From Octopus vulgaris (lineage: Eukaryota), in assembly GCA_951406725.2 (NCBI GenBank), contig OX597822.1, forward strand, positions 61,132,001 to 61,196,000: 64,000 nucleotides of DNA, written 5' to 3'. How positions within the stretch are numbered: the stretch's first letter is position 1; every line of letters begins with the position of its first letter. Shown here piece by piece: positions 54,191 to 64,000 of the stretch. Under the pieces are notes generated by a model, which was given only the letters and a program-made list of their open reading frames with translations, ran no database searches and was not told where the DNA came from. The translations under genes and the position numbers were made by a program.

Positions 54191-56498
54191 ATTTATACAC
54201 GAAACGGGGATCAGGTACTTACCTGTTTTTAACAAGCGAAGGAGGGATTGTTCTTAATGTTATAGAACTACTCTCCTCCTTGTTTTTCTCCCTTTCCTCG
54301 TCGGTTTCCGGCGGTGGGTCTATCAGTTTGAGCATCTCACTTATTTTGTGGATGCCCTCCGGTCTCCTGTCTGGAATCTTACTTCGAGGACAACATGCCG
54401 TAAAAAGTTTGATACCATGAACGAGTTATTTCGAAGTTTTCCTTGTGTATGCTGGTTGCCGCAGTAAAATTTTTAACACCGTGATTAGTTTGGTCACTGA
54501 ATTGGTTTCTTTTAGAGCCATTCGCTCTTTTAGTATTTCCACATATAGAAGAGACATTATTTTTCCAGAGAAAAACACAGATATATATTTTTGAAAAAAT
54601 TCTCACAAAGGGAACTAATTCTTTTAATAAATTCTCACGAAAGTGAATTCAAAAAGTTCATTTTCCTCCCCCGTAGGGTAAAGGACACAGTTCACAAAAA
54701 AGATTTTGAACAAGTTGCAACAGCAGAAAGCTATGTTCAAGTCTTTCCCCCGTAGGGGAAAGCACGAAATTTCAACAACGGCCTGCCAAGCAAGTAACAG
54801 TTTTCAACAGACAATAAACTACAATAATTTCAACGCCAGGGGTGTCAATGACTCGCGTCACAACACAGGCCTAACCGAATCCTAAAAAAAAAATGACGTG
54901 GCTGCGTGGTAAGAAGCTTGCTTCCCAACCACTTGCTTCTGGGTTCAGTTTCACTGTGTGGCATCTGGGCAAGTGTCTACTACCATAGCCTCGGGCTGAC
55001 CAAAGCCTGGTGAGTGGATTTGGTTGACGGAAACTGAAAGAATCTCGTCATAGATGTGTGTGTGTGCGTGTGTATTTGTGTCTGTGCTTGTCCCCCCACC
55101 ATCGCTTGACAGCCGATGCTGGTATGTTTACTTCCTCGTAACTTAGCGGTTCGGCAAAAGAGAACCATATAATTAGTCCTAGGCTAACAACGAATAAGTC
55201 CTGGGGTCAATTTGTTCGACTAAGACCCCCTTAAGGTAGTACTCCAGCATGGCCACAGTCATTTAAATGACTGAAAGAAGTAAAAGAATAAGAGAATAAA
55301 AAATAATGGTCATGGTGGATTAATTAATTATGTAACAGTTTGAAGATTTGTTTCCAGGCCAAGCATCGCGACCAATTCTCTGTTGTCTCTAATAAGTCAT
55401 TCAAAAACAACCAAAATCGACTTAATTCTCCGAGATAGATAACACAAATACACGTCATGCGCTGGGATCAGTTGGACACTATGTCGACAATTCCTCTTTA
55501 GGTGGCTGGTTGTAATATGAAGAAGATTTGGCTACTATTTCGTTGAAGAAACATTTTCCAATCAATCCATGCTGACACACTTCACTTATTAAAAAGAAAA
55601 ATCTTCCTAACTATCGGCTGTTAGCAGTATATTAGCAAATCTTGATTTTCGTATCTCGTAAGCGACACATTTTCATATCGACATTTTCTTTTTGCAGCAG
55701 CGGTAGACAAAGCAGAATATAAATTAAATTGTTTGGTTCTAAATATTCAACATTGATCGAAAAATATGTTCCAGCTGTGACCATAATGTTTGTTTATTTG
55801 AGTTAAATAAGTGTAGTTAGAGCTAAATTAACCATTGTGTTTGTTCATTTTCATGAAAAACATTTGGGTGCGATTTGATAATTATTTGTAGCAGGTTAAA
55901 CGACCGCGAAAACAAAAAGTACAACCGGTGAGATAATACTAATATACACAAAAACACCTCAAAAGTAAATAGACAACATTTTTGAAAGATTTATTTATTT
56001 CTGGAAACAACAAGTTTTAAATACTAGAATATAGTAAACACGAATTGGATTGGATTGCCTATTTTCAGTCCACTGCAGGACGAAGGACTCAGCATGTTCC
56101 CTCCACCAACCACGGTTCGATGTAAAAGCCGTGAATTTGAGCTTGAGATTATACTTGTTTGATGAACCTACTTTGCTACACTGGCTCAACATGGCTTGGC
56201 AGAAGGATTACATCGAGCCCAATGTTCAACTGGTACTTATTTTATCGAGTTTGGTAGGATGAAAGCAAAGTCGGCCTCGGCGAAATTTGAAGTGAGAACG
56301 TGGGGACGAAATAAATAACGGCTTAAGCACTTCGCCCGTGCTAACGATTCTGCCAGCTCACCGCCTTAGTAGACGTATCTTGTGCAAAATGCAGTAACAA
56401 GGTGGTAGGACCACTTAGTGTCCGCGCAGATAAACCAGTATAATGAGAGGTGTGTGTTTATTTTTGATATGTCTGTGTATAATAAATATCGAACTTAC

Positions 56499-56634
56499 CA
56501 TGTTGATATACTTTGTTTAGACAGTCGAATGAAGTAACAGCGGTCAGTGCTTAAACAGAGGTATTTACAGTTCAGTGGGTGCTCACACGGATTTGATGAA
56601 TCCTACGTGAGGGCAGAGATTGATTTGAAACACT
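56499..56634 (-). other. TUBA: gene B distal alternative first exon (5'UTR plus ATG only; ATG 56501-56499)
   Basis: minus strand tcaacATG|gtaagtt; TCAGTG initiator-like motif; carries the shared UTR hairpin at 56611-56582. Confidence 0.72.
56582..56611 (-). promoter_or_regulatory. conserved 5'UTR stem-loop, copy 4
   Basis: minus strand CTCACG-TA-GGATT-CATCA-AATCC-G-TGTGAG. Confidence 0.7.
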
Positions 56635-56640
56635 GAAATG

Positions 56641-56710
56641 ATGTATGTATGTATGTATGTATGTATGTATGTATGTATGTATGTATGTATGTATGTATGT
56701 ATGTATGTAT
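56641..56710. repeat. (ATGT)n microsatellite abutting the gene B distal first exon
   Basis: directly visible. Confidence 0.9.
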
Positions 56711-56740
56711 GTGTGTGTTTGTCTATATAAATACATATAC

Positions 56741-56941
56741 AACGCCGGGTCATAGTGCTAGTCGGTTTATCGGTTTTTTAATGGCTTTCTGGGGTGACTG
56801 GGGAAATGAAAAGATCTTCACGACCACCCTCAGACAATTTTGAAAGGCCATAGAAAATTCGAGCCTTTTACGTGAAAAACTATGGATTTGAATAAAGGAC
56901 ACACAGATACACAGACATTTTGGCGTTTATAGATATAGAGA
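56741..56941 (-). mobile_element. short non-autonomous Helitron-like element
   Basis: shares gccgggtcatagtgctagt with 10258-10276; minus strand TCTCTATATCTATAAAC...tgtctgtg 5' end. Confidence 0.5.
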
Positions 56942-57028
56942 TATATGCTTACACACACCACACATATACACACACTCAGAAAGCAGCATACACAAATATG
57001 TGTGTGCTTGTGTGCGTGTGCGTTTGTG

Positions 57029-57066
<38 letters not shown>

Positions 57067-57409
57067 CGTGCGTGCGTGTGCGTGTGCGTGAGTGTATGTG
57101 TGAAATTGTGTAGCTAAATTTTAAGATGTCGGGTTCACGAAAATTTCCTCATAGTTTCGATTTCTGAACTTCGTTGTACGTTGTGTGCTTAAGCAAAACA
57201 TTCCATGTTGCTCCAATTTATTGAAATGAAATCAAGACCAGCTGATACTAACGATTATATACGCTCTACAAACAAATAGTGCAGTACATATAGCTAATTC
57301 GTCCTCGATTCCAAATGACAGCTGTACTTTATACAGGTATACACATACGCACGCGTGTTTATAAATACATATCTATTTCTCAATATATATGTATATATAT
57401 ATATATACA

Positions 57410-57585
57410 TCGCTGCTTTCTTCCAAGGAATCTAATGCTCTTAGCTTAGTTTTTCTTTGGGGCTGGCCAGATTGGAGCAATCTCGAGTATATCCAGCCGA
57501 AATTGCAAAGATAATCTGGAATTCGACTGAGGAAAGAAAACTTTTTTTCTTTGTATCGTCTATCTGGCTGTTTTGCATTCTTGTC

Positions 57586-57660
<75 letters not shown>

Positions 57661-57764
57661 AGTACATATTTCTTTAAATTTGGTACCACTCTATAACACT
57701 GTCTCTCTCTCTCCCCTCTCCTACATTTCTCTGCCTTTCACACTTTGCACTCCACTTTGATCTG

Positions 57765-57806
<42 letters not shown>

Positions 57807-58480
57807 CCTCCTCCTTTTCTCTTTTCTTGCCTCTGATTCTTTGGCCTCCTCTTCCCCAACTCTCTCACATTTCTCTGTCTTTCTCACTTTGCACCTCACT
57901 GATTCTGTCGCCAAGGCAATCCTTGGCACGCTCTCTTTCTTCTCCCCTCTTTAATTCCTTCTTTCTCTCTCTTCTCCCCCCTTTGGTGCCTTTGTCTCTC
58001 TTTTTCTCTCTCTCTTTGATTCCTTTGCCCCTTTTTTTCTCTTTCATCTCCTCTCACGTGACCGCTGGTCAACCAGCCTTTCGGCTTCTGACCACCGCCA
58101 CGAGAACACCGTTTTCTTCGTCTGCCGAAAAAGGCATTGTTTTCCAAATACGCCAGTTAAGCTAAGTTGTACAACTTAGCTTAGCTGTTTTTGTCCTGTT
58201 ATTACTATTATTGTTTTTTGTATTTATATTCGTGTAGCATCGTCCGTTTCTCTGTCCTTGTTTCGTATACATTCGATATTTTTTCCAAGAAATCTAATGC
58301 TCGTAGCTTGGTTTTTCCTTGGGGCTGGCCGGATCGGAGCGATCTCAAGATTAATCAGCCGAAATTGCGAGGATGATCCGGTTCTTGACTGAAGATTGAA
58401 TGCTTCGAATGTCCCGTCCGTGTTTTTTGTATCGTCTTCTAAATGCTTTGCGTTCTTGTCCCAGTTTGTATTTTTTTACA
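57410..58480 (+). repeat. two copies of a (TA)n-embedded repeat (57410-57590, 58260-58480) separated by a CT-rich tract
   Basis: tccaag(g/a)aatctaatgctc...ggggctggcc...cagccgaaattgc...ttcttgtccca in both copies. Confidence 0.7.
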
Positions 58481-58796
58481 TATACATATATATATATACT
58501 TATGTGTGTGTGTGTGTGTGTGTGTGTGTGGAGGTGCGTGGCTTAGTGGTTAGGGTGTCAGTATCATGATCGTAAGATTGTGGTTTCGATTCCTGGACCG
58601 GGCGACGCATTGCGTTCTTGAGCAAAACACTTCATTTCACGTTGCTCCAGTTCACTCAGCTGAGTAACGGTGCGATGGACTGGCGTCCCGTCCAGCTGGG
58701 GAACACATACGCCATTGAAACCGGGAAACAGGGCCCATGAGCCTGGCTAGGCTTTAAAAGGGCGCATTTATCTATATCTATATCTATATATCTATG

Positions 58797-58827
<31 letters not shown>

Positions 58828-59741
58828 ATATATGCCCTGTTGATTCGCTAGCTTCTGCACGTATTTTTTTTTCTCTCTTTGTTTCTCTCCGTGTTTCTTT
58901 TCTGTGTATCTTTCTGTTGAAGAGCGTAGGTTCGAAACGTAAAAGACTTGTTTTATTTATATTCCTGAGCGCCATACTAATACAATTGTTTGTTTGTATT
59001 CCACCTGCCTTCGTCTTTTGTTTATTTTCATAAAGCTTCCCGTTATATATATATATATATCGGCATATTGACACAAGTGTGCCTCCACCTGTCAATTTAC
59101 TTTCCTTCTTATTCCCATATAACCATAATCTACATCATCTGAAAGGTATTTGTAGAAAATTTCATTTGAAAATACCCATTTTCCTGAAAGTTATGAGGAA
59201 ACAAAGATGATTCGTATGAATTTTCCGAAACTCCTCTTCCAACTATCGGAAAAATATTTTCGCCACAAATTCCGATATAACTTGAAGGTATACCATCTGA
59301 AGCGTATATATAGAAAACTTCATTAGAAAATACCAATTTTTCTGACAGTTATGAGTAAATAAATTCAGTGGGGCACATTTGTCTAGGTATTTTTATATCT
59401 GTCTGTCTATCTGTGAGGGCGCGTGGCTTAGTGGTTAGGGCATTCGGTTCATGATCGTAAGGTTGCGAGTCCGATTCCCTGCGACGCGTTGTGTTCTTGT
59501 GCGAGACACTTTATTTCACGTTGCTCCAGTCCACGCAGCTGGCAAAAATGAGTAGTACCTGTATTTCAAAAGGCCCAGCCATGTCACACTCTATGTCACG
59601 CTGAATCTCCTTGCGAGCTACGTTAAGAGTACGCGTGTCTGTAGAGTGCTCAGCCACTTGTACTTTAATTTCACGAGCAAACTGTTCCGTTGATCGTATC
59701 AGCTGGGACCCTCGTCGTTGTAACCGACGGATTGCACCTTA

Positions 59742-59742
<1 letters not shown>

Positions 59743-59816
<74 letters not shown>
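59743..59816. repeat. (TCTA)n microsatellite
   Basis: directly visible; (GATA)n also at ~61334-61410. Confidence 0.9.
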
Positions 59817-59817
<1 letters not shown>

Positions 59818-60164
59818 GTCCGTGTGTGTGTATGTGTTAAACCGTTAATCCCTAAAAATCTTTTTTCTCTCTGTTTTTTCGTCCTCTCTCCATGTTTCCC
59901 CCTCTCATCCCTTTCTGTCGAAGAGCGTTGGCTAGAAACGTCAAAAACTTTTCAATTCTTCCCGAGCGCCAAACTAACACACCTACTTATTGTTACCTCA
60001 CTAGCCATCGTCTTTTGTTTTCTGTAAATTTGAACTACGCGCGCGCGCACACACACACACATCTCAAAAGTAAATAGGTAACCCTATAATGCAGTTTTTT
60101 CAATTGCATGAACTAAAAGTCGGAGGGGGACGGTATAAGTTATCTGCATCAACTTGCTCTAAAG

Positions 60165-60382
60165 CAGTGTTTCCCAACCTTTTTTCCCGGCGCCCCACTT
60201 TTTCATAGCAAAAGTTTTTACGCCCCACCTTTTCCCATGTCCACTCACATTTACAAGTACATGTGGGCCTACTTACAATTGAAAAAAAATCAAAAATTAA
60301 AAATGTACAAATATTTTCACAGCCCACGTCTATGCCCCGCGCCCCACCTGAATTTTCTCAGGCCCCACCTTGGGAATCACTG
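60165..60382. mobile_element. hAT-type MITE
   Basis: TIR CAGTG(T/A)TTCCCAA with perfect 8-bp TSD CTCTAAAG (60157-60164, 60383-60390). Confidence 0.9.
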
Positions 60383-60479
60383 CTCTAAAGGCAGGTATCA
60401 ATTTTACCTTGTCTTTATTCTTAGTGCAAGTTTCGAAGAGTGCAGCTCAATATTAACAGTTATTCTTTCAATAAAAGCA

Positions 60480-61222
60480 ACAAGGCAACGGAAAATGCGA
60501 GGAATATTAATACAGTATATGGGGATTGGACAACGAGGGTAAGCTAGTGTCAACGGTGGTTCCAGAGATGTCGAGTCAGAAACTACAGCCCAGAAGACGA
60601 GCCTCGTCCAGGAAGATGTGTAGAGCTCAACGAGGACGTCCTGCGAACCCTGGTGTAACAAAATTCCATCGTAACCGTTGAAGAACTAGTAGAGAAGCTT
60701 GGATTTGGTCATTCAACCATTCATTGACACCTGCATGCCATTGGAAAAGTCAGCAAAATTGTGTCAATGGGTTTCTCACAAACTTTCCATGTCTAATCGC
60801 GCTTGAGTCAGTGCTAGAAGAAAAACGACCATCTTTGTTTTCAAGACGAAAGGTGTTCTTCCATCAGGATAATGCTCAACCACATACAGTGAGGTTGACA
60901 TTACAAAGGATAGAGTAGTTTGAATGGGAAACGATGCTCCACCCACCATATTTGCCAAACATTGTCCCATCTGAGTATCGTTTATTCCGCAGTCTTTAAA
61001 ATCATTTGACGGGAAAAATATGCATTTTGTAGACGAGGTCAGAACAGTACTGGAGGAGTATTTTTCATCGTGGACAAGTGATGCAAGTCTAACAAATAGC
61101 TGAAAGATCATTGTAGAAAATGAAGGAGAGTACGTTTTGGATTAAAAAAACAACTTTGTTTATCTCGATTTTGAAAAATAAAAGAAGTTTTAAAAAAACG
61201 CATTGTATTTGGGATGACCCAA
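60480..61222 (+). mobile_element. mariner transposon remnant
   Basis: FFHQDNAQPH and PPY.P..PS.Y.LFRSL motifs; ends ...gatgacccaa|TA. Confidence 0.8.
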
Positions 61223-61332
61223 TATATATATATATATAATTCATAGCTTCATGTGATGTACCTCGAGTGCCAGTATCTCAAAAGAGAATACATCTATTTA
61301 TCTACACACACACGCACACGCATTTAGATTGT

Positions 61333-61410
<78 letters not shown>

Positions 61411-62338
61411 TTTTCCGTGGGTGAGCATCTGTAGAGCTCGACGAGGACGTCCTGCAAACCCTGGTGTAACGAAATTCCATCGTAACCACCAATGATTCTC
61501 ACCTACGGAAAATGGCACCTACGTATCTCAACGACCCAAAGCGCTCTACCGGTGGGAGTTTTACTACTGGTAGAGCTAATCAGGCCCAACAGGGTTTAAC
61601 AGCCCTTGCAACGGACCTACTTTGCTAAATGACAATCACCATCACAAAATGAGAAGCATCATGGTAGCCGTACAGTTTTGGCGGAGGATTCAGTTAAACA
61701 ATGATAAACAGTGAGACTTACAAGATGCTGCAAATAGAATCATGCCAATGATACTGACTACGACCAGTTGGTTCGAATAGTGAATCATTGCTAATATCTA
61801 TAGAGCTGGCACTCGCAGATGTCACTCCGCTACCGAAAGATTTAGCATAGCATTACACTATCTAGATGTTCATCCAGTATCACTAGTTACACACTCAAAG
61901 AAGAACAGCGTCCTATTGTGGCTTCGGTTTTTACCGTGGTGCTCGAAAAATATGAAGCAAGCCATTATATTTTCAGTTTTACATGCTTGCATCTCCCAAC
62001 AAGTCTCGAAGGCCAAGTAAAGGGTAATGGACACACCCTCTTCTCCTGATGAAAGGGTATTGGAACAAAAGAAAAATACTGATATCTTGGGTATTCAAAA
62101 TCCCTGATTTTATTTATAATGAATTAGAACTCAAGCATCATGACACTGATAATAACAGGACTTTTGCATATAACTCCGTATGGAAAAAACTTTATTAATA
62201 GGACAATCGATGGAGTAGAGGCCACATAGCCTGAAATAATAAGCAAAAATTCTCCCTCAAATGAAAATTGCCAATTTTAATTGAAATACTTGCACGAAAA
62301 TTATGTAGACTTCCATCTGAAACTCTCCTCGATATATA

Positions 62339-62573
62339 TCTATTTCTTTACTACTCACAAGGGGCTAAACACAGAGGAGACAAACAAGGACGGGCAGACG
62401 GATTAAGTCGATTATATCGACCCCAGTGTGTAACTGGTACTTAATTTATCGACCCCGAAAGGATGAAAAGCAAAGTCGACCTCGGCGGAATTTGAACTCA
62501 GAACGTTACAGCAGACGAAATACGGCTACGCATTTCGCCCGGCGTGCTAACGTTTCTGCCAGCTCGCCGCCTT
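62339..62573 (-). mobile_element. full-length tailed Nin/Deu-type SINE with 15-bp TSD
   Basis: TSD tctcctcgatatata at 62324-62338 and 62574-62588. Confidence 0.85.
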
Positions 62574-64000
62574 TCTCCTCGATATATACCAAAATCTAAA
62601 GTTTTAGAGAGAAAGAAAATACGAATGCACAAAATGGATGTAATGGAAATCACAAATCTTCATTTCACAAAGCAAGTAGAGTAGTCACCATTTGGAAGGA
62701 TTTACTTCAGAAAATGAACTATTGTGCTTAGATACAAATTCCCGTGGAAAGAATGCTAAACTATGAACATACACTTACCCAAATGGAACGAAAATTCAAC
62801 TTATGTATTCATAAACCGAAAGTAGATTAGTAGTGAGATGAATTGTGAAATTTTAAACCAGTAGTTCCCAAAGTGTCCACCACTCTTTACTGGGTCTTCG
62901 AGGCTGGTTGACGGGGATGCAAGCATTTAAAATTGAAAATATAATGGTTTGTTTCATATTTCAGTAGTCCAGATTTATTTGAGTGATTTTTTTCGAACTC
63001 TATGATAATAGCCGAAACCACAACAAGACACTCTTCTTCTCTGAGTATGTGACTAGTGATGCTGGGTAAACATCTAGATAGTGTAATGCCATGTAAAATC
63101 TTTCAGTGGCGGAATAGCATCTGTGATTGTCAGTTCCATAGATATTAGCAATGGTTCACTATTCGAACCAGCAGATCCTGATTAGTATCACTGACACTAT
63201 TCCCTCTTCCAGTATCTTGTAAGTTTCACTGTTTATCATTGGGGGCGTTGGAAAAAAAGGGTGGTGACAATGGGGTGACCAAAAGGGAGTGGTAATGGGG
63301 TGGCCAAAAAGAGGTGTAATGGATGTAAAACCAACAAAATAATGGGTCAGTTAGGGAAAGTTTTATTTGTGAATTACAGTTGTTTTGAATTTGCTGCAAA
63401 AAGTGCTCTATGTCTGTGGTGATGAATTGGGGTGGGGGTGAGGGCGCTAGAGAGGTAGCCTGAGAATCAAGGGAGCGGCAGCTTGAAAAAGTTTGAAAAC
63501 CACTCATTCTGATCATCAAATACGCAGTAATTAAAATTTTCAAAAACAATAACCAAAATATCAAAATTAATTTATCCATCCATCTTCATCGCCCACTTAT
63601 TCAAGTGAAGGGAAGAACATTCCACAGAGACGTAAACTTTCAATGCAATTCTCGAGGAGAATCACCATGACTGCGAGACTCGAACGATAAACCTTCGAAA
63701 TTGCAGGTATAGGTTTACCCAATTTCACTAACACAGCATCAGGCGACTCAAGCCTATAGTAAAGACACTTACTCAATATGTTTTGTACAGGGGTACCGCC
63801 TTGAAAAGCTTTTAGTCGAACGAAACGACTCCAGTACACATGTGGGTCTCTTTCAGTTTCTGTCTATAGGGTGGTCCGAAGGTCTTGTCACCCCCTACCG
63901 AAAAGTAATATTTGTTCCTTCTCGAGCCATGCCTGGCTCATAAGGGCCGGTTTCCTTGGCGTATATGTTCCCCACCTGGACGGGACGCCGGTCCGTTGCA

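Overview
Eukaryotic, AT-rich, repeat-dense genomic DNA. The SINE families and microsatellite load point to a cephalopod (Octopus-like) genome; this is inference. The only intact protein-coding content I can support is a tail-to-tail (convergent) pair of alpha-tubulin genes. Gene A is on + (coding exons 24160-24382 and 24486-25612) and gene B is on - (37964-37742 and 37624-36498). Each would encode 450 aa, with the start ATG supplied by a separate first exon, as is typical for animal alpha-tubulins. The main unexpected observation is that the window holds FOUR homologous ATG-only first exons for only TWO gene bodies: + at 12861 and 20073, - at 47005 and 56501. Each carries the same ~30-nt stem-loop 20-25 nt after a putative initiator, with pairing-preserving substitutions, which suggests a conserved 5'UTR RNA element on interchangeable promoter cassettes. 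The rest is SINEs, RTE and L1/Tx1-like LINE fragments, mariner/hAT/piggyBac-type elements, Helitrons, Penelope-type termini with hammerhead-like motifs, and microsatellites. Most ORFs in the supplied track are repeat- or antisense-derived noise. Repeat boundaries were read by eye and are approximate.
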